NCBI GenBank assembly: GCA_049325335.1
Contig: JBMOMC010000001.1
Span: 564,193-628,192, forward strand
DNA from: Nitrospirota bacterium
Lineage (GTDB): Bacteria; Nitrospirota; Nitrospiria; 2-01-FULL-66-17
Direction: 5' to 3'
DNA length: 64,000 nucleotides
The first letter of the stretch is position 1; each line of letters starts with the position of its first letter. The position numbers and the translations under genes are program-made. Below, one piece after another: positions 17,779-30,470 of the stretch. The notes below the pieces were generated by a model. That model made no database searches and was not told the origin of the DNA. It saw only the letters and a program-made list of their open reading frames with translations.

Positions 17779-19338
17779 TTAGGCGTGAGGGGCGGCCGGG
17801 CCGGTCACACGGCTGGCCATCACCAACAACCAACCGGCGACCGTGGCGTAGGCCGCGCTGAGGATCCACGGCGTTGCGGTCTCCGCGAGCCACGGGAAAA
17901 ACAATCGGCCGTTCTCGTACGGCGAGTGCATCACGCCGAAGAGCGCCGCGATCGCGCCCGCGGCCATAAGCGCGGCGGCGCGCCGAAGCCGGCCGTCGAT
18001 GATAAACGCCGTGGTCCCGGCCCACACCAGCGCCGTGACGACAAATCCGTTCCCCAACAAAAGCATGGCGCGGTACGTGCCGGCAAACTCCCCTTGGAGG
18101 GCCGACGGCTGCACCCCCAGATTCCCCATGAGCGCGTTGCTCTGAATCAGGACCAATCCCGCGAGCACCGGGAGGAACGCGATGGCCAAGGCGGGGTGAT
18201 GCGCTTTGGGGGTGGCGGCAAACGTCTGGGCCGTGATCTCCAACCCGATAAAGATCAAGATCGGCGCGACCACGGCTTCCGGGATCAATCCGGCCAAGAA
18301 TGAAATATGCCCCAGCGCGCCGCCGAGCCCGACCACCAACCCTGCGGCCAGGGTATACCCGGCGCCGCCCCCCATCCGTTTGTACGCGGGATGCCCGATG
18401 TAGGGCGTGGTCTGCACCACGGCGCCGCACAGCCCGCCGATAAGAGTGGAGAGGCCGTCGGTCAAGATGATCCGACCGGTCGGATACTCGTCGCCGGATG
18501 ACGCCGCGCTTTCCGTCACGTCGATGCCCCCGATCACCACGACTAGGGCGAACGGCAGCGCCAGCGGGAGATAGGTGGGCAGCGACGGGAGGCCGTCGAG
18601 GAACCCGAGCGACGGCCACGGCACCGCGATCCGCCACGCGCTGTGCCCGTTCTGAAGCGCGCTGTGCGGGACCCCGAGTCCCAGCGCCTGCAACGCGTAG
18701 TACACGGCCAGCCCCACCACGACCGCGGCAAACGCGCCGGGCAGTCGCCCGGGAAACTGATGGCGGCCGATCAAACAGACCAAAATCACACCGAGGGCAA
18801 TGAACGCGGGGACGGGATCGTACATCATCCGCAGCGACGGGAAAAACGCAATCAACACCAATGCAATAGCCGCGATCGGGCCCAACAGCCCGGCCCGCGG
18901 AATGACGCGGCGAACCGCCTCCCCGATGAACGCACCGCCGATCTTCACCACCCCGACCGTGACGATTACCGCGCTCGCGATCCGCCAGGTGAGGGTCGCG
19001 TCCTTGGTCGCCAGATACGCGGGCCCCACAACCCCGAACGTAAACGCGAACAAGGACGGCGTGTCGATGCCGAGCGGCATGGCCGTCACGTCGGTGCGTC
19101 CGGATCGCACGGCGAGCGACACCGCCATCCGCGTGAACACCAGGTTCCCGATCAAGACCCCGATCACGGAGCCAGGAATCATCCCGTACAGGACGACGTC
19201 GGCCGGCATGCCGAACGCGCCGATCAAAATCGACGCCATGATCACCATTTGAGTCAAGTTATCGACCGCCAGCCCGAAAAAGGCGTTGACGTCGCCGGGA
19301 CGAAACAACACGCTGCGTATGATGGAGCCGGGAGGCAT
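17779..19338 (-). CDS. Multi-pass permease (NCS2/AzgA-like nucleobase permease superfamily)
   Basis: Very hydrophobic; GDVNAFFGL, TAMPLGIDTPS and PYIGHPAYK motifs. Confidence 0.75.
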   Translation of the reverse strand: MPPGSIIRSVLFRPGDVNAFFGLAVDNLTQMVIMASILIGAFGMPADVVLYGMIPGSVIGVLIGNLVFTRMAVSLAVRSGRTDVTAMPLGIDTPSLFAFTFGVVGPAYLATKDATLTWRIASAVIVTVGVVKIGGAFIGEAVRRVIPRAGLLGPIAAIALVLIAFFPSLRMMYDPVPAFIALGVILVCLIGRHQFPGRLPGAFAAVVVGLAVYYALQALGLGVPHSALQNGHSAWRIAVPWPSLGFLDGLPSLPTYLPLALPFALVVVIGGIDVTESAASSGDEYPTGRIILTDGLSTLIGGLCGAVVQTTPYIGHPAYKRMGGGAGYTLAAGLVVGLGGALGHISFLAGLIPEAVVAPILIFIGLEITAQTFAATPKAHHPALAIAFLPVLAGLVLIQSNALMGNLGVQPSALQGEFAGTYRAMLLLGNGFVVTALVWAGTTAFIIDGRLRRAAALMAAGAIAALFGVMHSPYENGRLFFPWLAETATPWILSAAYATVAGWLLVMASRVTGPAAPHA

Positions 19339-19450
19339 GGCGTCGGATCTCCGCCGCGCTCGCGAAAGCGCGGGACGCGTCAGTATACTGAACTCGACTA
19401 TCACCCGCAACGCCAATCCGTCGCGCTGATTGACCCGAGATCTTGAATAT

Positions 19451-19480
19451 TTGACAGGTCAGAACGAGTTTGTTTAGCAT
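19451..19480 (+). promoter_or_regulatory. Sigma70-like promoter
   Basis: TTGACA-N18-TAGCAT upstream of the methyltransferase. Confidence 0.55.
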
Positions 19481-19552
19481 ACGCGCAATATGCACGTCGG
19501 GGATGTGCCGTTCCGGGCTTTCCCCGCCGCACAACCCAGGTCGGAGCGCACC

Positions 19553-20233
19553 ATGGATACGGCGCACGTTGAACGGGTGTACTCGTCGTACTCGAAGATT
19601 TACGATCTGATCTTCGGACGCGTGTTCCACGTCTCGCGTTGCCACGCGGTCGACCTCCTGGGCTTGAAGCCGGGAGCGCGCGTGCTCGAAGTGGGGGTGG
19701 GAACCGGTTTATCCCTGCCGTTGTATCCCGTGGGATGCCGGGTCACGGGCATCGATGTGAGCGAAAAAATGCTGGAGAAGAGCCGCGAGAAGATCGCGCG
19801 CCGCGGCTTGCGCGACGCGCGTGTCCTGCGCATGGACGCGTCGCACACCGCCTTCGCCGACAACGCGTTTGACGCGGTTTTGGCGGCCTACGTCATGAGC
19901 GTGGTTCCGGACCCGCAGGCCACGCTCCGCGAAATCGAACGGGTGTGCAAACCCGGCGGAACCATTGTAATTCTTAATCACTTCCACGCCACCCACCATG
20001 TGGGCGCGTTGGTTGAACGGGGGATCTCTCCGATGTGCCGCCAGATCGGATTTCGTTCGGACCTTGGACTGGACGATCTGCTCGCCGGATCAACCCTGCG
20101 GGTGTTGGTCCAGCGGACGATCGGGCCGTTCGGGTATTGGACGTTGATTCAAGCCATCAACGACAAACCCCGGCGGCTGCTGCGCGCCGTCGGGGTCGAT
20201 CCCAGCCGCATGGAGCGGCGCGCGGCCTCTTAG
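19553..20233 (+). CDS. Class I SAM methyltransferase, phosphatidylethanolamine N-methyltransferase (PmtA-like)
   Basis: YDLIFGRVF, VLEVGVGTGLSL, YVMSVVPDP and ILNHF motifs; GGAG RBS. Confidence 0.8.
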   Translation: MDTAHVERVYSSYSKIYDLIFGRVFHVSRCHAVDLLGLKPGARVLEVGVGTGLSLPLYPVGCRVTGIDVSEKMLEKSREKIARRGLRDARVLRMDASHTAFADNAFDAVLAAYVMSVVPDPQATLREIERVCKPGGTIVILNHFHATHHVGALVERGISPMCRQIGFRSDLGLDDLLAGSTLRVLVQRTIGPFGYWTLIQAINDKPRRLLRAVGVDPSRMERRAAS

Positions 20234-20504
20234 GTCCCGCCCGACAATGCGGTCGCGAGCACGGTCACGCGGTCGTCGAGCACTTCCACGATGCCTCCCG
20301 CGAGTTCCACACGTTTGGTGGTCTCGCCCATGCGGTACACCAAGGGCCCTGGCCTAAGCGCGGTGAGAAAGGTGATGTGGCCCGGCAACACGCCGAAGTC
20401 TCCTTCCACGCCCTGGGCCGTCACTTCATCCACCACCTCCGACACCACGAGCGCTTCCGGGGTCACAATGTCAAGGTGCAGCCGGCCTTCGGAGCGGCTC
20501 TCCA

Positions 20505-20505
<1 letters not shown>
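20230..20505 (-). CDS. atpC: ATP synthase F1 epsilon subunit (short, N-terminal domain only)
   Basis: LDIVTPE and GDFGVLPGH motifs; 91 aa; follows atpD. Confidence 0.9.
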
Positions 20506-21938
<1,433 letters not shown>

Positions 21939-21977
21939 TCACAGATTAGGGAGAAACGGGCGCACGGCCGTGCGCCC

Positions 21978-22847
21978 CTACTTCAACGCCTCTGCGCCCC
22001 CGACAATATCCATCAATTCTTTCGTAATGGCGGCCTGCCGGGTCTTGTTGTAGATCAGCGTCAGCTTGGCGATCATCTCTTTGGCGTTGCGCGAGGCCGA
22101 ATCCATCGCCATCATGCGCGCGCCCTGCTCGCTGGCCGAGGACTCCAGCAGCGCCCGCCAGATCGCGATCTCCACCGCGCGCGGCACCAGATCGACCAGC
22201 AACGCTTCGTCCGACGGCTCGTACAGGTAGTCCGGCCCCGCGTCCGTCGCGGACGCATCGGTTCCCTCGGCCTGGATCGGCGCCACGCGTTTGACCTGGA
22301 TCTGGGACAACATGGCGGACTTAAATTCGCTGTAGATCAGCCAGCACTCGTCCACGGCGCCGGCCAGATACGCGTCCATCACGTTCTTGGCCAGCTCCGC
22401 CGCGTGCTCGAAGGACAATTTGTCGAACACGCCCGCCGCGGTGTGCCGGATTGGGATGTCACGGCGGCGGAAAAAATCGCGCGACTTGCGCCCCACGCAG
22501 GTGAGCGAGACCTCGCGTCCCTGCTCCCGCTGCGCGCGCGCGAGCTCCATCGCGCGCCGCACGAGTTGCGTGTTGAACGGGCCGCACAACCCGCGATCGG
22601 ACGCCACCACCACGATATCGACGCGCTTGATCGGACGAACCGCGAGCAACGGATGCACGTCGCGGCTCACGCGCCCACCCAGGTTGGACAGCAGGGCTTC
22701 CATCTTCTGCGCGTACGGCCGGGCCTTGAGAATCCGCTCTTGCGCGCGGCGGAGTTTTGCAGCGGACACCAGCTTCATGGCCTTGGTGATCTTCTGGGTG
22801 TTCTTGACGCTGCCGATACGGCGGCGGGTTTGCTGCAGACTCGGCAT
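21978..22847 (-). CDS. atpG: ATP synthase F1 gamma subunit
   Basis: ITKAMKLVSAAK, SDRGLCG and RQAAITKEL motifs. Confidence 0.97.
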   Translation of the reverse strand: MPSLQQTRRRIGSVKNTQKITKAMKLVSAAKLRRAQERILKARPYAQKMEALLSNLGGRVSRDVHPLLAVRPIKRVDIVVVASDRGLCGPFNTQLVRRAMELARAQREQGREVSLTCVGRKSRDFFRRRDIPIRHTAAGVFDKLSFEHAAELAKNVMDAYLAGAVDECWLIYSEFKSAMLSQIQVKRVAPIQAEGTDASATDAGPDYLYEPSDEALLVDLVPRAVEIAIWRALLESSASEQGARMMAMDSASRNAKEMIAKLTLIYNKTRQAAITKELMDIVGGAEALK

Positions 22848-22850
22848 GGA

Positions 22851-24368
<1,518 letters not shown>

Positions 24369-24398
24369 GCACGAACTCCTTCGTGGAAACGCCGCGGA

Positions 24399-24941
24399 CT
24401 AAGAGGCGACCAACTGCCGGCGTAGACGTTCCAACTGGCCTTTGAGACTGGCGTCGTAATACAGGCTGCCGGATCGGATCACCAATCCGCCAAGTACCGT
24501 GGGATCCACGGACACGTCGAGGGACACGGTCCGACCCGTGAGGGATTGCAGGCGTTGCGTGAGCGCGGCCTGTTCCTGCTGGTCCAGCGTCTTGGCGGAA
24601 ATCACGCTCACCCGGCGGCGGCCGGCGGCCTCATCCAACAGGGCTTGATACGCGCTCGCGATCGTCGACAGAAACGACAGCCGGTTTTTCTTCAACAACA
24701 ACGAAAGAAACTTCACCGCGAGTCCACCGGCCCCGGATCGCTCGATCGCCGCGATCAGCACCGCCCGCTTGGCTTCGATCGGGTAGCGCGGGTTCAAACA
24801 CGCGTCGGCCAGCGGTCCGCGCGCATCGAGCGATCGCCCCAACTCGGACAACGCGGCCGCGATCGCCTCGCACCCCGGATCGGTTTTCGTCAATTCAAAC
24901 AGCGCCTTGGCGTAGCGCCGTCCCAGCACTTCACCCTGCAC
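24399..24941 (-). CDS. atpH: ATP synthase F1 delta subunit
   Basis: RRYAKALF and VDPTVLGG..YDASLKGQL motifs; GTG start with AGGGGG RBS. Confidence 0.93.
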   Translation of the reverse strand: MQGEVLGRRYAKALFELTKTDPGCEAIAAALSELGRSLDARGPLADACLNPRYPIEAKRAVLIAAIERSGAGGLAVKFLSLLLKKNRLSFLSTIASAYQALLDEAAGRRRVSVISAKTLDQQEQAALTQRLQSLTGRTVSLDVSVDPTVLGGLVIRSGSLYYDASLKGQLERLRRQLVAS

Positions 24942-24967
24942 GATACGCCCCCTAAAACAAAGGCGGT

Positions 24968-24997
24968 ACCGTAGCACAGGCTCCCAAAAGAAGTCAA
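24968..24997 (-). promoter_or_regulatory. Sigma70-like promoter for atpHAGDC
   Basis: Minus strand TTGACT-N18-TACGGT with a TG extended -10. Confidence 0.45.
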
Positions 24998-25075
24998 TTC
25001 GCCCTATACGGCGCGTCGACGCGACACCCGAAACTCATCCACGTCGTGGCGACGCGGCAGGCACTGCGCCATGTC

Positions 25076-26776
25076 TCAGGGAATCCGCTGGGTGATCTGG
25101 CTCAAGAAGGTTCGGAGCGCGGGGAGAAATCGTAGAGCGAGCGCGGCCATAACGGCACCGCCGATTGCCACGGCCGCGATGATCAGGACACGCCGGGTTT
25201 TCCCGCGTCGATCGTGCGACCGCGCATTGGCGACGCTGGCGCCCGACCGTTGGGAACCCCGTGTGAGCGCGGCCAACACCTCGTCCACGTTGGCGTAACG
25301 TTGGGAGACGTCTCGCGAAACCATCGTGGTCAGCAGTGTTTGCACATCCGGCGGAAGCGTCCGAAATGTCTCGTGGTGGACCAATTTGCAGTGGTTCCAC
25401 GACGGCAGCGACCCGGTGACCATCTCATACACGATCATGCCCGCCGCATAGATATCCGCGGCTTGGGATCGCGGTTCATCCGGCGGGTGGTACCAATTCC
25501 CCTGGGCCCCGCCGGGTCCGTAGTGCTCGTCCAACCCAAAATCTGTGAGTTTGACGTGACCGTCCTCCGCGATCAGCACGTTGGACGGGCGTAGGTTGCC
25601 GTGCACGACGTGGTTCTTGTGCGCAAAACTCAGGCCCTCGAAGATGTCTCGCGCCACGGCCAAACCCTCGTGCCACGGCCGCACTTTGGCGAGGCGATCG
25701 CGAAGGCTCCCGCCGGTGACGTATTCCATCACGATGATAAATTGGGTGTCCATGCTCGAGACACCGTAGATCGGTACGATCCGCGGGTGGCGTAACGCAT
25801 GGAGTAATTTGGCCTCGCGCAGCCCGCCGGTTTTGCCCACGACTTTTTTGATGACCATCAACCGGTGATCCCCGCGATCCTCGAACAGATACACGGCGCC
25901 GTGCCGGTCCTGCTTGATCACGTCGAGCAACGCGAACTTGTTCTGCAGGTTCGCGAGGCCTTGCAGCGCGGACTGCTTCTGCGCCTGAGCCAAATGCGCG
26001 CCTTGGATGGCCTCCAGCAAGTGGTCTTTGAGTTCGTCGGCGCTCGCAACGCGACGCGCCGGATCAGACTCCAAACAGCGGGTGATCACCGCGTCAAGAC
26101 CGGAAGGGAGTTCCGGGTTCACGACGGACGGCGTGGTCGCGGTGCCTTCGAATCGCTGGCCGGTGAACAGTTCGTGCATCACCACGCCCAACGAATACAC
26201 ATCGCTCGCCGCGGTCACCGTCGACGAATCCACGCGTTGTTCGGGGGACATGTACCGCGGCGTGCCCATCACGACTGGACCGTCTCCATGGTTTCTGTCG
26301 GGGTCGTCGCCTTGGAACAGGTGCGCGATCCCGAAATCCGCCACCAGCGCGTTGCCTTCAGGATCGAGCAAAATGTTGCCGGGCTTGATGTCCCGGTGAA
26401 TCACGCCGTTTTTGTGCGCGTAGGCCAAGGCCTTGCAGACCTGCACGATGATCTCGGTTTTCTCGCGCAGGGTCTTGGTATTCTCCTTGATGACCTTGGC
26501 CAGGTCCGTGCCCTCGATAAATTCCATGATGAAATACGGCCGTCCGTCGCTGATGCCGCGGTCGATCACGTGGATGATGTTCGGGTGCCGGAGGCGGGCG
26601 ATGATCAGGGATTCGCGGTTGAATCGCTCCACAAACGACGGGTCCTGGCAGAACTTGGGGGACAGCACCTTGATGGCCACGGATCGGTTGAGCGACGTCT
26701 GGCGGCCCTTGTACACCAAGGCCATACCGCCTTGCCCGATCTTGTCGAGGACCTGATAATCCGCGAGCCGCGCCAC
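25076..26776 (-). CDS. Hanks-type Ser/Thr kinase with a second degenerate kinase domain and C-terminal TM helix
   Basis: Domain 1: GQGGMA, AIK, HRDIKPGN, DFG, YMSPE. Domain 2: HGNLRPSN, DFG. C-terminal hydrophobic helix. Confidence 0.9.
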   Translation of the reverse strand: MARLADYQVLDKIGQGGMALVYKGRQTSLNRSVAIKVLSPKFCQDPSFVERFNRESLIIARLRHPNIIHVIDRGISDGRPYFIMEFIEGTDLAKVIKENTKTLREKTEIIVQVCKALAYAHKNGVIHRDIKPGNILLDPEGNALVADFGIAHLFQGDDPDRNHGDGPVVMGTPRYMSPEQRVDSSTVTAASDVYSLGVVMHELFTGQRFEGTATTPSVVNPELPSGLDAVITRCLESDPARRVASADELKDHLLEAIQGAHLAQAQKQSALQGLANLQNKFALLDVIKQDRHGAVYLFEDRGDHRLMVIKKVVGKTGGLREAKLLHALRHPRIVPIYGVSSMDTQFIIVMEYVTGGSLRDRLAKVRPWHEGLAVARDIFEGLSFAHKNHVVHGNLRPSNVLIAEDGHVKLTDFGLDEHYGPGGAQGNWYHPPDEPRSQAADIYAAGMIVYEMVTGSLPSWNHCKLVHHETFRTLPPDVQTLLTTMVSRDVSQRYANVDEVLAALTRGSQRSGASVANARSHDRRGKTRRVLIIAAVAIGGAVMAALALRFLPALRTFLSQITQRIP

Positions 26777-26911
26777 GCGCTCCCTCCCTAAACCACGCCG
26801 AGGGTAAGGGTACTGCGCGGCGGTGAACGCGCAAGGCAGGATCAGAACATCAACGGAGGGGACTGGGGAAGGGTGACGGCTTCAACGGCGGAGCGAAACC
26901 ATCCTCCGACT

Positions 26912-28024
26912 TCAGCCGTTCTCGGTCGATGCGATCACGCCGCCGCCGATCACGATGTCGGCGTCATACAAGACGATGGACTGCCCCGGGGTGACGGCGC
27001 GCTGCGGCTCGTCGAACGTCACGTGCAGGAGACCATCGTGACTACGGCTCACGGAGGCGGCGGCTTCCGGCGTCTTGTACCGGTACTTGGCCGACACACG
27101 CAGGGGCTCGGCAATGTCGGCGACCGCGCCAAAGTGGATGTCTTCGACCAAACAGGACTCGCGGTATAAGTCAGCCTCCGTGCCCAGCACGACCAGGTTG
27201 CGTTCCGCGTCCACGGCCGTGACGTAGCGCCGCTCACCCGCGGCCACACCCAAGCCGCGGCGTTGGCCCACGGTGTAAAACGCCACCCCGCGGTGGGATC
27301 CCAACGGTTCACCCTCCACGCCAACCAGGGCTCCGGGGCGTTCGGTCTCGGGGAGCTGCGCCGCGACGAACTCCCGGTAGTCCTTTTGCGTAACAAAGCA
27401 GATCTCTTGACTCTCCGCGATGTCGTCCACGGGTAACCCCATGGCCTGGGCCTTGGTCCATACCTCGGCCTTGGTGAACTCGCCGAGGGGGAAAAGCGTG
27501 CGTCGGAGCTGCGTCTGCGAGAGTCGATAGAGGAAATAGCTCTGATCTTTCTGCGCGTCGATGCCTTTGAGCAGCCGGTACCGCCCTGTGACCGCGTCCT
27601 GTTCCACGCGCGCGTAATGACCCGTGGCAAGCAAATCCCCGCCCGCTTCCTCAACCGCCTCGGCCAACAACGCGAACTTCACGCGCTCGTTGCACAACAC
27701 GCACGGGTTGGGCGTGCGCCCGGCCGCGTACGTCGCGCAAAAATCATCGATCACCGCGCGGCGAAACCGCTCCTGTGCGTCGATGACTCTGTGCGGGATA
27801 CCCAGTTCTTGGGCCACGTACTGCGCAATGCCGATCTTGCAACACGAGCGATCCTGCCAGCGTTTCTCGCGCTCACCCGGCTCGGACCACGTGCGCAGCG
27901 TAATCCCCTCGACGCGATATCCTTGAGCGACCAGCATGGACGCCACCACCGCGCTGTCCACCCCACCGCTGAGGCCCACGACGACTTTTTTCTCTCGACT
28001 CATATTTGTCTTCGCGGCAGGCAT
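26912..28024 (-). CDS. mnmA: tRNA-specific 2-thiouridylase MnmA
   Basis: SGGVDS, TPNPCVLCN, ATGHYA, KDQSYFL, ESQEICF and AVTPGQ motifs; start may be 28003. Confidence 0.95.
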   Translation of the reverse strand: MPAAKTNMSREKKVVVGLSGGVDSAVVASMLVAQGYRVEGITLRTWSEPGEREKRWQDRSCCKIGIAQYVAQELGIPHRVIDAQERFRRAVIDDFCATYAAGRTPNPCVLCNERVKFALLAEAVEEAGGDLLATGHYARVEQDAVTGRYRLLKGIDAQKDQSYFLYRLSQTQLRRTLFPLGEFTKAEVWTKAQAMGLPVDDIAESQEICFVTQKDYREFVAAQLPETERPGALVGVEGEPLGSHRGVAFYTVGQRRGLGVAAGERRYVTAVDAERNLVVLGTEADLYRESCLVEDIHFGAVADIAEPLRVSAKYRYKTPEAAASVSRSHDGLLHVTFDEPQRAVTPGQSIVLYDADIVIGGGVIASTENG

Positions 28025-28107
28025 GACAGCCTGCCGAAGGGTTCAATCCTGAACTGTTCCGACCTCAAAATGCAAGGGGCGGCCAGATAGGACGCCAACT
28101 GTGTTGA

Positions 28108-28234
28108 TGCTGGCCGCCAAGAAGGTGGCGGATGCAAGGCGGAACAAAACCTCGCTCCGCAGCGTACTGTGTCGTACGTGAGGAAGCGAGGCTGCAGTGA
28201 CAACGCAGCAGCCGCCCCTTATCGGCGGCCGGCA
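28108..28234. repeat. ~126-bp structured intergenic repeat, divergent copy
   Basis: Inverted ends TGCTGGCCGCC...GGCGGCCGGCA; same core GATGCAAGGCGG...GCGTACTGTGTCGTACGTGAG...ACAACGCAGCAG. Confidence 0.75.
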
Positions 28235-28243
28235 GCGAGCGAC

Positions 28244-28666
28244 CTACCGGTCGTTCGCTGCAACCGCCAGCGGCTCATGATCCACGATCACGTCCGCCCG
28301 CCCCTCACCCTTCATCTCGCACTGACCGTTCAACCGCACGCCCGCTTCGATCATCAGCACCGGCGTTTTGATCGAGCCGGTGACCACCGCGGGGTTGAGT
28401 AACTGAACTTTCTCGGTGGCGGTGATGTTCCCGGTGATCTTGCCCCCGCACACCAGCGTTCCGACCGACACCTCGGCGTCGATCACCGCGGTCTCGCCCA
28501 CAATCAGGGTCCCGGTGGAGATGACTTCGCCCTCGATGTGTCCGTCGATGCGCACGGTGCCATCGTACGTCACCACGCCCTTAAAACGCGTGCCCTTGCC
28601 CAAAAAGGCGATGATCTCGTCTGAACTCGTATTGCGTTTGTCTCGGTCGTCTCTTTTGGTCAACAT
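28244..28666 (-). CDS. Bactofilin (polymer-forming cytoskeletal protein)
   Basis: FLGKGTRFKG...VRIDG...IEAGVRLNGQCEM beta-helix pattern; AAGGAG RBS. Confidence 0.9.
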   Translation of the reverse strand: MLTKRDDRDKRNTSSDEIIAFLGKGTRFKGVVTYDGTVRIDGHIEGEVISTGTLIVGETAVIDAEVSVGTLVCGGKITGNITATEKVQLLNPAVVTGSIKTPVLMIEAGVRLNGQCEMKGEGRADVIVDHEPLAVAANDR

Positions 28667-28698
28667 CGCGTGATCTCCTTACGTGTATGTCGGGGTCC

Positions 28699-29607
28699 TC
28701 ATGACCCGGCCGATGTGCGAGCCGCATTGGGTCCAGCCTCCAGCCATTCTAGCAAACGATCCAGTTCCTCGCTCGACGCGTAATGGATGTGGATCTGTCC
28801 CGAGCGCGCCGTGCCTCGGATCACCACGCGGGCGCCGATAGCGCGAGCCAGCCGTGCTTCCAAGTCCGCCGTCTCCACCGCGATGACGCGACGCGGACGC
28901 GCGCGGCGCGACACGGCGTTGACTACGTCCTCGGTCCGCCGCACCGACAACCCCTCGGCCATCACGCGGCGTCCCAACACCAGTTGGACGTCGGGATCCA
29001 ACCCCAGCAGCACTTTGGCGTGCCCATGGCTCAAGCGATCATCCAGCACCGCCTGCTGCAACTCTTCGGGCAATTGCAACAACCGCAGCGTGTTCGCCAC
29101 GCTGGAGCGGTCTTTATGCACGCGGCGCGCCACGTCGTCCTGCGTCAGGCCGAATTGCGTCATCAACCGTCGGAACGCCAGCGCCGCCTCCATAGGGTTG
29201 AGATCTTCGCGCTGCAGGTTCTCAATGAGCGCCAGCACCGCCGCGTCCGGAGGCGCGGCGTCTTTTACCACCGCCGGAATTTCAGCCAGACCCGCCCGTT
29301 GCGCGGCGCGCCACCGACGCTCGCCCGCGATCAACTCATACCCATTCGGGATTTTCCGCACCACCACCGGCTGGAGCACGCCTTGCTCTCGCAACGACGC
29401 GGCCAGCTCTTCGAGCGCGGCCTCCGCGAAACGCTTGCGCGGCTGATGCGGACTTCGCGAGATGAGATGGACCGGGATCGTCAGGCCGCGCTCGGTCTCT
29501 CGCTCAGCCGGACGAGCCGCGTCGCCCAACAGGGCTTCCAATCCGCGCCCAAGGGCTTTGCGTTCACCGCCCGGACGGGCTTTCGCCGACGAGACGCTGG
29601 AGTCTAT
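28699..29607 (-). CDS. parB: Chromosome partitioning protein ParB (Spo0J)
   Basis: [27 protein letters not shown] and ENLQREDL motifs; start uncertain (ATA at 29607 proposed). Confidence 0.93.
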   Translation of the reverse strand: MDSSVSSAKARPGGERKALGRGLEALLGDAARPAERETERGLTIPVHLISRSPHQPRKRFAEAALEELAASLREQGVLQPVVVRKIPNGYELIAGERRWRAAQRAGLAEIPAVVKDAAPPDAAVLALIENLQREDLNPMEAALAFRRLMTQFGLTQDDVARRVHKDRSSVANTLRLLQLPEELQQAVLDDRLSHGHAKVLLGLDPDVQLVLGRRVMAEGLSVRRTEDVVNAVSRRARPRRVIAVETADLEARLARAIGARVVIRGTARSGQIHIHYASSEELDRLLEWLEAGPNAARTSAGS

Positions 29608-30380
29608 GCTGTCCGTTTGAGCACCTCCTTGGCAAGCTGCATATACAATTGAGCGCCCCGCGAGGCAATTTGATAGAGCAATGCGGGTTTGCCGTGACTC
29701 GGGGCTTCGGCCAGGGTCACGTTGCGCGGAATGATCGCGTCGAAGACCTGCTCGCCCAAATGGCTGCGGACTTCGGACGCGACCTGGACCGACAGGTTGT
29801 TGCGCGGGTCATACATGGTCAAGACGATCCCTTCGATCCGCAGGCTGGGGTTGGCCGACTGTTGCAAGTGCTTGATGGTATCCAACAACCGGCTCAACCC
29901 TTCCATGGCGTAGTACTCGCACTGTACCGGAATAATGACCGACCGCGCCGCGGTCAACGCATTGACCGTGAGTAAACCCAGCGACGGGGGGCAATCAATG
30001 AACACGAAGTCGTATGCACTCGCCACGGAATCAAGGGCTCGCCGCAAACACAACTCGCGCTCCGGCAGCCCGACCAACTCCACTTCCGCGCCCGCCAAGT
30101 GCACATCCGCTGGAATCACGTCGAGATACTGAAGTTCGGTTTTCCGGATGGCGTCCGATGCCTTACAGGCGCCGATCAAGACCGCGTAGCTTCCGGGCCC
30201 GCGCTCGCCCAGTAGCCCCACGCCGCTGGTCGCATTGCCCTGCGGGTCAAGATCAACGAGCAACACGCGGCGCTCCGCCACAGCAATGGATGCGGCAAGG
30301 TTCACCGCGGTCGTGGTCTTGCCCACGCCGCCTTTTTGGTTGGCAATCGCAATCACGCGCGGAGAACCGTCCATGGTCAT
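29604..30380 (-). CDS. parA: Chromosome partitioning ATPase ParA (Soj)
   Basis: [25 protein letters not shown] and LAEAPSHG motifs. Confidence 0.96.
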   Translation of the reverse strand: MTMDGSPRVIAIANQKGGVGKTTTAVNLAASIAVAERRVLLVDLDPQGNATSGVGLLGERGPGSYAVLIGACKASDAIRKTELQYLDVIPADVHLAGAEVELVGLPERELCLRRALDSVASAYDFVFIDCPPSLGLLTVNALTAARSVIIPVQCEYYAMEGLSRLLDTIKHLQQSANPSLRIEGIVLTMYDPRNNLSVQVASEVRSHLGEQVFDAIIPRNVTLAEAPSHGKPALLYQIASRGAQLYMQLAKEVLKRTA

Positions 30381-30432
30381 CTCAACGGCCGGGATCGTAG
30401 CATAACCAGCGCATCGAATGATAGACATGAGA

Positions 30433-30448
30433 TGTTCCACGTGGAACA
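30433..30448. promoter_or_regulatory. parS: parS site
   Basis: Perfect palindrome TGTTCCACGTGGAACA matching the canonical bacterial parS, immediately upstream of parA. Confidence 0.92.
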
Positions 30449-30470
30449 TCTCACCGACAAGGGTGCTGGT

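Noticed and set aside
25039..25050. CCACGTCGTGGC, matching the operator core at 63416
   Set aside because: A single 12-mer in GC-rich DNA downstream of a gene; plausible by chance
30381..30449. N-terminal extension MFHVEH... of ParA in the ORF track
   Set aside because: This is the translated parS palindrome; ParA homology starts after 30380
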